Origin: Proteromonas lacertae
Lineage: Eukaryota
Assembly (NCBI GenBank): GCA_002245135.1
Contig: NGBS01001164.1
Span: 62,001-126,000, forward strand
DNA: 64,000 nucleotides
Direction of reading: 5' to 3'
The notes below the pieces were generated by a model. That model was not told where the DNA came from. It was given only the letters and a program-made list of their open reading frames with translations, and ran no database searches. A program made the position numbers and the translations under genes. The stretch's first letter is position 1, and every line of letters starts with the position of its first letter. Shown one piece after another: positions 1-12,222 of the stretch.

Positions 1-508
1 ATTCATTAAAGTATATATCATAATTATTTAATTTGTTGAATAGTTTTTACCAGATACAAGATTCAGGACTAATACTGGTGATAATATACTAAAAGTAATA
101 TTGCATCCACTACAATATGAAACATTTGTAAGGAATATCAATATAATTGATGTTGATACTGGAGATAGGATTGGTAGTTGGAAATTAGTAGCTGCAATTC
201 AACCACCACCTGTAACAAGAGAATATAATATTAGATTAGACTTATATAAACCAGCCAAAAGAATTATCCAGTATCTTAATCCATGGAAACAAAATAGAGC
301 ATATCATTTATTTTCTAGTGATGAATCTTTGTTGAGAGTAGAAGCTAAAGAGTTTAGAGTGGAAGCTGGCCAATCTGGTGAAATTAGGTTATTTTTCCCT
401 GCTCAAGATGTTGCAAGAAGTGCTACTGTTTATATATTTGTGAATGGTGAAGCAGAAAAGACTGACGAATGCTTACAAGTAAACATAGTTGTTGGATCTA
501 TTGTATAA
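1..508 (+). CDS. NPHP4: 3' end of nephrocystin-4 (ciliary transition-zone protein), partial
   Basis: Terminal exon encodes KRIIQYLNPW..YHLFSSDESLLRV..FRVEAGQSGEIRLFFP..VYIFVNGEAEKTDECLQV, matching the recalled NPHP4 C-terminal pattern (KRIxYxNPY...IxINDxxDKNEE). Stop TAA at 506-508. Confidence 0.75.
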
Positions 509-667
509 CTAATAATAATAATATCATGTTTATTTTTCTTCATTTAATCCAAAAATAAAACAAAATAAATCATTGATACAACTGTTAATTAACAAAAACA
601 CTTTACATTTTAAAACAGCAAGCTTTAGGCTTGAACTTGGTTTGTTATATCATCTCTCTCATTAAGC

Positions 668-3539
668 ATGTATCGGATTGATGTAAATGAAGATGAAAAG
701 TATTGATTTTTTAATTTATTCGATATAGTGCAAATAAAACTGAGGTAGAAAGAACATCGGGGATAAATACAGAAACTCCGTATTTCTACTTTTCATTATT
801 GCTTTTAGAATAAATACAGAGATAAACCTAAAATTTCCAACGTATATAGCTCAGATTATTTTTTCTTAGAACTTTTCCGACTATTACTTCATCTGGAATA
901 AATAGTTTCTCTGTGACAAGTATAATATAACCATTTAATTTGAACCAATAGGCAGCAATAGAAAAGATTCCATAGTAACTATAGGAAGTGATACTTGCTG
1001 TATATTATCACCTGAAGATCGAGAAATCTGTGAAAACAATAAGAAATATAAAAATGATCCTTTAAATCACTTAGTAAGTGAAGTCTATAAGAATACATTT
1101 GTAATTGTTGAAGACACAATAACGATACAAGATGCAATATGTTTGTTGTATCAAAAGAAGTATAATTATCTATATTAATGCATGATATAGGTGTGATTCA
1201 CTGTTAATTACACATCAAAAGGCATATGTAAAATCATTGTCACGGACAGATATAGCTTGTTCTGTATTATCGAATGGTTTACTTCATGAAAACAAAACAC
1301 TTGAAGAAATAATTAAATTAGAAGAATCTGATAGTTGTAAAACCATCAGTTCATCAGCTACAATATTAGAATGTATGAGAAGGATGAAAAAAGAAGTATA
1401 AATTACATTATCATTATCTCTATTATAATAGGAAACAAATTATTTATTAGTGGAAGAAGGATCAAGTGGTTTAAGTGGAATAATAACTGAACATTCAATA
1501 TTTAATTATATTGGAGAACAGTTGGCTAAAAGTGTAGTATCCAATGGTGAAAATATGAGTCATTATGGATATAAAATAAAGAAATTTTTAGATTCATTAT
1601 GTATATATATATATTTCATTTTAATTATATATTTTCTATAGATTATCAATTTTTTATTCTTTTATTTCTCTTAGTAAATATCGCAATATTTATATCATCA
1701 TTCACATATATGAATTTCGATTTAGCAGTTATTATGAATTTACCATTCTCTGTAATTTTATTTATTGAATTATTAATAAGAATTAAAATCACTGGTGTAA
1801 AACATATGTGTAAAATAGATCTAACTGCAGGAATATTAACTGTACTCGCACTTCTAACAGGTATAGCATCAATAAAAGTAACAGACACATATGAAAGAGC
1901 AAGAATGGGAGTATATATAGTGAATATAGTGGTAACTACGTTGAGAGCTTTTGTATTAGGAATTATAAAAGCAATTCAATATAAAAAGAAAGTAATAAAA
2001 CATTCTAAACATTTAGTTAGTCAAAATAAAAGAAGATATAAGAAAGATGGATTTGATTTGGATTTAACTTATATAACTCCAAGATGTATAGCAATGTCTT
2101 TACCTTCAGAAAGTGTAGAGAGTATCTATAGAAATCCAATCAAAGAAGTTTCTCGATTCTTCAATACAAAACATCCAGATTGTTATAGAATCTATAACTT
2201 ATGTAATGAAAGAGATTATGATAGTAAATATTTCAATAATAAAGTGATGAAATATCCAATTCCTGATCATAATGTTCCAACACTTTGGACAATGCATGAA
2301 TTCGCTAGAGATGTGTTAAATTATTTAAATCAAAGTCCGTATAATGTAATAGCTGTTCATTGTAAAGGTGGAAAAGGAAGAACAGGTTGTATGGTTTGTG
2401 CATATTTGTTAGCAAGTGGTGTGTGTTTATCAGCTGAAGAAGCATTGAAATTGTTTAAAGAGAAAAGAACTTATTGTGAAGATAATGGAGATGAAGAAAA
2501 GAATGAAAATGAAGGGGATGATGATGGTAATGGTAATAATACTGGCAGTAGAAGAGATTTAAAATTAGCAATAACAAAGATGAAGAAGAAACATCAAGGA
2601 GTGAGTGGTCCAAGTCAAATTAGATTTGTAAATTATTATGAAAGATTTCTATTAGAATTAAAAGAACTGTATAATTCAAATCCTGATTTATTTATGTCAA
2701 CATCAACCACTCCAATTATTGAAGAAAGAAAGAATAATAATGGTATTACAACAATACCAGAATCAAGTAGTTCTGGTGAAAATAAGAATAAAGGATCAGG
2801 TGATTCAAATAATGAAGATATTAGGAATATATTAAAAGATCATCCAGAAAGTGTAATATCATTAAGGACAATGGGAGGATTTAGACATTTAAATACATCA
2901 TTAGGAAAAGATCGAACTCTAGAAAATATATTAAATACTCCACAATTAGAGACAGATAAAACAATTCAATCAAAATCAGCACCAAATTCAAGAAGAAAGG
3001 CTGATAGTTCTTCACTTTGTTGCAGTTCTACAAATGATATTCACCAAATATATAAAATGTCTCAATGTAATTTGTCGCAATTATTATATGATAATTTTGT
3101 TAAGAAAGTTGAAGTAAATGAAATTGTTATAAAAAATGTATATATATATATATATTATTATTTGTTTAGTTACCCAAACTATGCCATTGCACTCATATAT
3201 TTTCTATTACAGATTATCAAGGTAATACATTGTGGGAAGAGAATCTTAGTAATAGTGGTAAAGAGAATAAAATGATTGTTTTAAAACCAGGAATAAAAGT
3301 TATTGCTGAGTTTAAATTCTCATTGAAAAATACTTTCTTCATATGGTTTAATTCATAGTATACATTTTCAATTTTTATCGATTTTTTAGTTTTGTGAAGG
3401 AAGAAATGTCGTTAGGTAAGAAAGAAATCGATGAAGCATGTAGAAATCCAAAGTATATTTTGTTTTTTTATTGTTTCTTTATAGATTTAATTCAAATTTT
3501 CAAATCGATTTTCGTTTTACCGAAACTCCTTTAATTTAA
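668..3539 (+). CDS. CBS-pair + 4TM voltage-sensor-like domain + VSP/PTEN-type phosphoinositide phosphatase + C2 domain (10 introns)
   Basis: Introns 700-728, 780-808, 842-869, 920-951, 1160-1190, 1396-1431, 1601-1641, 3138-3169, 3358-3389 and 3453-3484 give one open frame. Motifs: VSQNKRRYKKDGFDLDLTYIT, DHNVP, HCKGGKGRTG, PSQIRFV, and C2-like FIWFNSYF..KKEIDEAC. Confidence 0.85.
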
Positions 3540-3797
3540 ATTATATTTCATTGTATCTAGCAATTATACTATTTTTTTTTTAATTTTTATGATGATTATT
3601 TGTAAAATATAGAAATTTCATATTCATAGTCATTAGTAATGTCATATATTGCTTTATATGATGTTATTTATCTCTAAAACACACAAATTATGAAACAAAT
3701 ATTGATAATTAATTAATTCATTAAAGAATTGAGAATAAAGTAATAATAATAATATAAAAGCCATATGTGTGTATGTTTAAACTATTTATAATGATAT

Positions 3798-5168
3798 CTA
3801 CACTCTAACTTCAAACACTCCATTCTGAATACCTCTTCTAAAATTGCTAGTCACTTTAGCATCCATCATATTCACAATCTTAAAATTCTTCATTTGTAAT
3901 CCTGATACAGTTCTTCCTGGAGCACTAAACAACAACGAAATAGTTGATTTATCTTTAGGTATAGAAGAACCATGTTTCAGTAATATTTTACCAGTTAATT
4001 GAGGTGTAATTAGTTCTGGAATCTTTCCAATTGCCCATTTTATCATCTTAGTAGATGGGTCAAAGGATGCATAACCAGTATTTACCTCAAATGTTACCAT
4101 ACTAACACATTCAGGGAATGGAATCTTTACATGAATATTATCTAATGGTAAATAAGGTGTATTATTTACTACAGGTGCATATCTTGTACCAACCATAACT
4201 TCTATTCTACCTTGAACTGAATTGTCTTCCATCGTATTGTAAGTTAATATTGGTTTACAGTAGATTGGAACATTTACTTCCACACTTTCAGGTAAGCTAT
4301 ATTCCATTAACTATGTATATAATATATAATAATAATAATTATACAATAAATGATCCATCTGGAGGTATGAATGATAATATACTTGAAGAAGCCCATGTTC
4401 TTAGTCTGACACATGGATGGAATGTTGGATTTAATAATAATGATGGATTATTGAATTCAATTGATATATCTGGTGTACCATTAACATAACATCGACAATA
4501 TAATGTTCCTGCTACACTACAACGAACTGTCTTACCATTTCTATTATATTATATTCATATGTTATATACGAAACAATGCAATTCAATCTTTCTACACAAT
4601 CACAGGTAACTTCATTTGCATTATATTGAACTCCTTTACGTCTCCATGATATAGCAGATAATGCATTACCTGGTAAAAATTCACTTACATTTGATTGACC
4701 AGATAATATTGATGTAAGACGATTTGCTACTGTTGGAACTCGAACCATTGCCATTAAAGAGTTTGGTTCGGTTAATAGTGGATATCCATAATCTACCATA
4801 TCCTCTAATAATTGAAATACTGTTGTAAAATTGGTTTTTATTGTATCGACTGTGATGAGTTGGAAGTAAGCAACTAGAGTTGCATGTATTCTATTAAGTA
4901 AATCGATTACCATTAAAGGAGGAACTTCTCTACTCAATGCTGCAAGGTAAATTACAGAATCTCTTCTAGAGTTAATAAGGTAATAACGTGGTGTTGCTAT
5001 TATTGGTAAAACATTCTAAAAAACATAATAATGATATTATACATCAACTGACTTTACTGCTTGAACTTCATTCCAAAATAATTCACAAACACCTCTACCA
5101 ATGGTCTTCCTCCAATGTTTTTCAAGAACTACTTCTCCTTTTGTTGACATTATAAACAATGACTCCAT
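3798..5168 (-). CDS. AP3M: AP-3 complex mu subunit
   Basis: MESLFIMSTKGEVVLEKHWR, LLEDMVDYGYPLLTEPNSL, ISWRRKGVQYNANE and the mu-homology C-terminus; several short introns. Confidence 0.9.
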
Positions 5169-5210
5169 ATTTCCTACAAAAATCCTTTTCTAAAAAAAAA
5201 GATTGAGAAA

Positions 5211-5253
5211 AAACTTGGCTTGATATGAAACGATAATATTAATAAAATTGAAA
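5211..5253 (+). promoter_or_regulatory. Upstream block duplicated with the tandem genes (copy at about 6449-6493)
   Basis: AAACTTGGCTTGAT..GAAACGAT.ATATT.ATAAAA.TGAAAT is conserved about 270-290 nt upstream of both paralogs while the flanks have diverged. Confidence 0.6.
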
Positions 5254-5485
5254 TATCAATACATACAAGATGGTTCTTAGTAAATAATAATTATAAAAGT
5301 AATAAAAACTACAGTAATAGTATTTCTAAAAACATATTATCTTCTGGAGCAAGATTCGGAGTGAAGATTATAAAACAATGTACATATCTCTGGACTTTGA
5401 TCGTTAAGAAATGGAAAGAGTAATATTAAATGAAATAGAATGACATTATTGAAAAGATAACATTTGAAACGGATATATTTTTGAA

Positions 5486-6322
5486 ATGGTGTATTTTATT
5501 TTTGTTATTTCAGGAGTAATATTAATTGTATCAACTCTATATTATTTAAATAAACAAACGTATCGATCAAAAATTTATAAAGCATTGGTATTAGTAAAGG
5601 TAAGAAACCCAACAAAATCTCAAATACGAAGATACCGTAAATGGAAAAGTATGATGGATGATGAATACAAATTAGAAATTTTAAGTGATAAAGACTTGAA
5701 AATACCAAATATGACAGTAAATGTGATTTACCCTGAAGAACTATTTAAAAAATGGCCAAACATATTAAAAATGGGAGGTATGTGCTATAATCGAGGTACT
5801 TCATATACAATGTGGGTAGCTATTGTTGAACATTACATATTATGTGCTGTAAAGTCAAAATTTAGATTCAAATATTTATGGATGGTTGAGCAAGATTTAG
5901 GCTATTCTGGTAATTTGTATGAATTCATGAAACAATATGAGAATGACAATGTTGATGTAATTTCTATAGACTACTGGAAAAAGAAAACATCTTTTTGGAC
6001 TGAATGTTTTACTCCTGAATACTACAATTGGAGGATTAAATATCATTATAATTACAAATACCAGAGTTATAATTGGATTACTCGTTTGAGTAACAAGGCA
6101 ATAAACTTATTATATAATGAGTTTGAATTAGGAAGACATGTAGCAAATGAGGAAGCATTGCCTGAAAGACTTGAACCTCTAAAAATGACTTATAAAGCAA
6201 TTAATTCGAGTTACAATGGATATAAGCTAAATTGGAATGCACGAGTACATGCAAAAGAATGGGAACAAATATTAAACAACACAGATCATAAAAATAAAAT
6301 ATTCCATGCTTTGAAATTCTAG
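5486..6322 (+). CDS. Intronless type II membrane protein, putative glycosyltransferase-like (DUF3405-like), tandem copy 1
   Basis: 278-aa ORF with N-terminal TM and FKYLWMVEQDLGYSG (ExD motif); paralog of 6741-7577. Confidence 0.6.
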   Translation: MVYFIFVISGVILIVSTLYYLNKQTYRSKIYKALVLVKVRNPTKSQIRRYRKWKSMMDDEYKLEILSDKDLKIPNMTVNVIYPEELFKKWPNILKMGGMCYNRGTSYTMWVAIVEHYILCAVKSKFRFKYLWMVEQDLGYSGNLYEFMKQYENDNVDVISIDYWKKKTSFWTECFTPEYYNWRIKYHYNYKYQSYNWITRLSNKAINLLYNEFELGRHVANEEALPERLEPLKMTYKAINSSYNGYKLNWNARVHAKEWEQILNNTDHKNKIFHALKF

Positions 6323-6740
6323 TAATTTATTTATTCTCCTTTAATATTTATGATTTATAATTTATATAATGTTTATTAGATTAATTACAAAAATATTATT
6401 TCATTTTAAAACTACAATATTGTTATTTTTGAATTATAAAAATAAAATAAACTTGGCTTGATGAAGAAACGATCATATTTATAAAAATGAAATGCACCAC
6501 AGACTTAAGCATATATGCAATAATAATAATGCTGATTAGGAGTATCATCATGATTAAATACAAAATAAACTAATATTCTTCGGAACAAAAAATGATTTGG
6601 TGTGAAAAATAATCAACAGAGTATATATTTGATATATATAAGTGTTTTTAAAATATATTATAATTTTAAGGGTTTTATCATGCTCATGATTGAAAAGGTA
6701 ATTTTTATGAAACCGTCGAATTTTTGAAACTGAAAAAAGA

Positions 6741-7577
6741 ATGTGTGAAAGTGTATGTGTAATAATAAGCTTAATTTTGGCAGTGCTACTGACATGCATC
6801 AAAAATAAACATAAATATCATCCATATATATATAAAGCTATGGTTTTAGTTAAAGTCTCAAATCCTACAAAGTCCCAAATTCAGAGATACTACAAATGGA
6901 AAGAATCTATGAGTAGTGAATATAAATTCGAGATTTTGAGTGATAAAAACTTCACACTGCCGAATATAACTGTTAATGTAGTAAAGCCAGAAGAGCTATT
7001 TAGAAAATGGCCAAACATGTTAAAAATTGGAGGACAATGTTATAATAAGGGTGTTTCATATACAATGTGGATATGTATTGTTGAACATTATGCTTTATTC
7101 GTTAAAAAGTCGAATATCAAATTTAAATATTTATGGATGGTTGAGCAAGATTTAGGCTATTCTGGTAATTTGTATGAATTCATGAAACAATATGATAATG
7201 ACAATGTTGATGTAATTTTGAAAGAATGGTGGAAGCAGAATACTGGTTGGTGGTCTGAATGTTATACGCCAGAGTACTATATCTGGAGAGTAAAGTATCA
7301 TTATGGCTACAAATACCAGAGTTATAACTGGATCAGTAGATTAAGCTATAATGCAATAAACTTGTTATATAAGGAGTTTGAATTAGGAAGACATGTATTT
7401 AATGAGGAAGCACTACCTGAAAGAATAGGTCCTCTTAATATGACTTACAAATTCTTCAGTTCAAGCTCTTATGGATATAAATTAGATTGGAACGCTCGAG
7501 TTAATGAAAAAGAATGGAAGAGTATATTGAAAAATCCTAAACATCAAAACAAGTTATTTCATGCTCTAAAATTCTAA
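6741..7577 (+). CDS. Intronless type II membrane protein, putative glycosyltransferase-like, tandem copy 2
   Basis: 278-aa ORF collinear with copy 1; same HALKF C-terminus. Confidence 0.6.
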   Translation: MCESVCVIISLILAVLLTCIKNKHKYHPYIYKAMVLVKVSNPTKSQIQRYYKWKESMSSEYKFEILSDKNFTLPNITVNVVKPEELFRKWPNMLKIGGQCYNKGVSYTMWICIVEHYALFVKKSNIKFKYLWMVEQDLGYSGNLYEFMKQYDNDNVDVILKEWWKQNTGWWSECYTPEYYIWRVKYHYGYKYQSYNWISRLSYNAINLLYKEFELGRHVFNEEALPERIGPLNMTYKFFSSSSYGYKLDWNARVNEKEWKSILKNPKHQNKLFHALKF

Positions 7578-7693
7578 ATATCTATCAATATTTTGCATTT
7601 ATTTTGTTTTTATTTAGCATTTTTATATTAAAATGAATAATGAAAACATAATTAATGAAAGAATAATAAACCAAATTCACTGATTAATAAATT

Positions 7694-10600
7694 CTATAAC
7701 ATTTGTCTTGTAGCTAATTGATGGTATAAACCACCTTCCATCTTCATCAATTCATCATGTTTACCAGCTTCCACTACTACACCATGATCTAACACAAAGA
7801 TTTTATCAGCATTTTGAATTGTACTTAAACGATGAGCAACTATTATACTTGTTCGATCACTACTTTCTAATAGTTTATCTATCTCTTCTTGAACTATCAA
7901 CTCACTTTCACTATCTAAAGCACTCGTTGCTTCATCTAATAATAGAATCTTTGGATTTCTTAAAATAGCTCTCGCTATAGCTATTCTTTGTTTTTGACCT
8001 CCACTTAAAGATCCACCTTTGTTTCCCACTTCGGTTTTATATCCATCAGGAAATTCCATTATGAAATTATGAGCATTCGCTGCTTTTGCTGCTGCAACTA
8101 CATCTTCATCACTTATTGATTCATTTCCATAATCTCCCATTCGAATATTTTCTTCGATTGTTCCACTGAATAAAACTGGTTCTTGACTTACTAAACCAAA
8201 TTGTTTTCTCAAATGTCTTATATTCATCGATTTTATTTCATTTCCATCTAGTAAGATTTCACCACTTTCAGTATTATAAAATCTTTCTAATAAACTAATT
8301 ATCGTTGATTTACCACATCCACTTGAACCAACTAATGCTACTTTTTCTCCTTTTTCTATCTTCAAATTCAATTTTCTTAATACTGGAACATCTAATCTAG
8401 TAGGATATCGGAATTTCACATCTTTAAACTCAATTTCACCTGATATTTCAGGTGTATCACCATCATTTGATGATATATCAACATCTGGTTTTGAATTAAC
8501 TATTTCAGATACTCTTTCTGTTGCTGTTTTTACTTGAGCAATATCGCTTGCAAAAGATGTTGAATTGCTTAATACTTGGGCTCTATTTAATAAATGAATA
8601 ATAATAATATATACATTGCATTTACTGAGACTAATACAGTTATTAAATTTCCAACAGGACATAAACCATCAATTGCCCATGTCCCTCCAAAACCAAATGC
8701 AATTGCAAATCCAGTCAAATCAAATGTTTCATAATATCCTTGTAAAATACCAGTATATTTGGCATCTAATATTCTTACCTTTAAAGATTCTTCTTCTGTT
8801 GATATAAATTTACCATTTATATATTCTTCTATTGATAGACTTTTTACAGTTTTGATATTATTAACAGATTCTGAGACAATTGAACCAACTTCTTCAGTTG
8901 GTTTCTTTGTTATTTTCATTATCTTTAATGCTGCTTTCATTCTCAAATAACCACCAAGAACAATAAATGGAATAATTGGAGACATTACTAATGCAACTTT
9001 CCAAGATGATATAGTTGCTAAAACTAATCCAATGATAATAGTAAACAATGTTTGAGCATACATACCTGATTTATCTTGAAGTGATGTTTGTAATAAGGAA
9101 ATATTACTTGAGAGTAAAGTTGTTATTCCACCTGTATTATGGTCATTATCATCATAATATTTGATATCTTGTTTCATTAGTGATCTATAACTCACATTTC
9201 TTACCTTTTTGGCAAATTTGGCACTAATACTACCAAACAAAATTGATTGTATTGCCATAAAAGAACACATCACAATATTAAATACAATCAAAGTTAAATA
9301 CCAATTTCTCATTTGAATCATTAATTCATGCATATCAGCTACATAAAATGAACTAACCATTCCTCCAAAGAATACTGAATAAGAAGGAAGTATTGCTCCA
9401 TTGATTATTGATGATATTAATGCAAATAAATTAATACATATATTATCAAATGCATATTTCATTATTGACCATGATGATGATTTTGATTGTTTTTTCTTGT
9501 CACCAATCTTTTCTGAATAAGTAGTATCATTTGGCCTTATTTCACTTGATTTTCTTATTTCATCTGTTGAAACTTTATCTTCTACTTCAACTGATGGACT
9601 TATAGGATTAGTATTATTAATAGCTTCATCTTTTTTTAACATTTGATTTTCTCTTAATTTTGAATATACTCCTCCTTTACTCATTAATTCTTTATGATTT
9701 CCTTGTTCTACAACTCTTCCTCCATCAATTACTATAATTTCATCAGCTGATTCTATTGTGGATAATCTATGAGCAACAATCAAAGTTGTTCTTTGTTTAT
9801 CTTTTAATAATTCATCTAATGCATCTTGGACTACTTTTTCACTTTCACTATCTAATCCACTAGTTGCTTCATCAAGAATTAATATGGATGGATCTCTTAT
9901 TAAAGCTCTAGCTATAGCTATTCTTTGTTTTTGTCCACCACTCAATGAATGACCTCCTTCACCAACTAATGTATCATAGCCATTAGGAAATTGATTAATA
10001 AAACTGTCAGCATTTGCTTGTTTTGCTGCTTTGATTATCTCTTCATCACTACAATCCAACTTTCCAAGTCTGATATTATCTTTCACACTTCCTCTGAATA
10101 GAATTGGTTCTTGACTTACAACACCAATTTTCATTCTATAGGAAGTTACATTATAGTTCTTTATATTTTTATCATCAACTAATATTTCACCTTCATATTC
10201 ATCATATAATCTTTGTAATAATTGTAATAGTGTTGATTTACCACATCCACTTGAACCAACTATACCTATCTTCTTTCCTGCTTCAATTGTAATATTCATA
10301 TCATTCAATGCATTTTGCTCTTTTCTATTTGGATAATGAAATTTTACATGTCTGTATTCAATCTTACCTTTTAATGATTCCACTTTTTCTCCATTTGATT
10401 TTTCTTTTGTATTTTCACTTTCTTCAATTGTTTTATACACTTCATATCCAGAACCACAAGCTTGATTGATAGCTTGAAGTGAAGGACTTAACATAAAAAG
10501 AGCCAATACACCAATACCGATAACAGATAGTGTAGAAAATACACCACCTCCATTTGAACATGTTTCACCTTTTATACACTGAAATGCTTCATCACACTAT

Positions 10601-11820
10601 AATAAATAAAATATTACTATTTATACAATATTTCTACCACCACAATCAGCTGATGAGAAATTATAATGTTCATTATTGCATACTGTCTTTAAATTCAATG
10701 TTGTATCATATCTATTTTCATACTCTGTAATATTTGGACAACTTCCACGAAAACTATTTTAGATAAACATTATTATTATTATATATAATATATACTCATT
10801 CATCATACCAAGTTTTTCTTCTCTGATTGTATGACTACCATACCAAAATCCAAGTCCAGAAGCATTATAAAAAACGAAATTCATAAATCCATTGCTAAAT
10901 CCAGCCATTTTGCATACTTTAATTGAAAATTGCTTGGCTTTTTCTGTTGCTTTTTCGTATAATTCAATAAATCGATTTTCAATTCCAAAGGATGATACTG
11001 TCTTTATTGAACCAATACTTTCTTCAGCAATACTACTGGATTCAGCATTTGCACTTTGTAAACTACTATAATATTTACCAGTTAAGCCTGCTATGTAGAA
11101 TGAAACAATTCCCAAAGGAAATGCTATTGCCATGTATACTAATGTAACTTGCCAACTTTGGGTAAATCCAATAATAAATGATGTGACTATTTGAGCTAAT
11201 GCTTTGAATAATTTACCAAATTCCATTCCCATACCTTGAGTCATCGCATTTGTATCATCAATCACTCTTGAAGCTAGTTTCTTGGAATCATTTTCATCAA
11301 ACCATGCTGCATTTTGATTCAGTAACACATTAAAATATTTGGCTCTTATACGACTGATTTGTCTCTCTAGAATTTAATAGATTTTTAAAAATACCTGATG
11401 ACAAACGAAATGCAGCGATAAATATCATTGCAGCTATACCAGAAGTTATTCCAAATCCTAAAATTCTAAATGCACTGTCTCTAACAGTCTTTTTCGACTA
11501 ATTATTGAATAAACAAATGATAAAAATACTTCATCAGCATCAATAATCTCTTCATCATTGACTGCATTGAATATATCCTTTAGGCAGTACATACAAATCG
11601 AATAGAAAGATCCATTCACTAAAGCAGCGATTATTCCTACAATAATCAAAAAAACATCACGACTATCAGCATATTTCCACAACTGAGTTTTATTAAGTAC
11701 TTTACTTTTAGATTTAACCTCATTCTCGGCCCTTGCTTGTTTTTCTAACTCAGAGTCACTTTTTTTATCGCTAATTAAGTGAACTTTCAACTCAGATGAT
11801 TTTGATTCCTTCTTGTCCAT
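7694..11820 (-). CDS. Full-length ABCB/MDR (P-glycoprotein-like) transporter, copy A
   Basis: TMD-NBD-TMD-NBD layout; Walker A GSSGCGKST twice, LSGGQKQRIAIARA twice, LDEATS; joined by short GT-AG introns. Confidence 0.92.
7702..8467. repeat. 766-bp near-identical direct repeat of the NBD2 coding region (copy at 12240-13005)
   Basis: Constant offset of 4538; I see only three substitutions (near 7841, 7884 and 7904). Confidence 0.9.
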
Positions 11821-12222
11821 CTAAAGAACAATTGATACTTAAATGATTTAATTTAACAAATTTCTCTTTTTTTATTGGTTATTCGTTGAATCTTTGTAAA
11901 CCCATTAACATTTCATGATTTTATTGTATAATATGATGTAAATTATATGCTGAAATACAATATATTTGTAACCTAAGTTTAGTAGCACAAAAATCTAAAA
12001 CTCAAGATAAATTTTCTTGATAAATCATATTGTGTTATATATTTTTCTATTAGATATAACAAATTCTAAGCACTATTATTTGAATTTCTTTTTATTCAAA
12101 TAATTGTTTGATTAAAGCGTAATTATTGGACAAAATACAGAAAGAGCAATGAAAAACAAAAGTAATTACATTTTTAAAAGTATTTTTAACTATTAAAAAA
12201 TAATATACTTCCAAAAACATAT

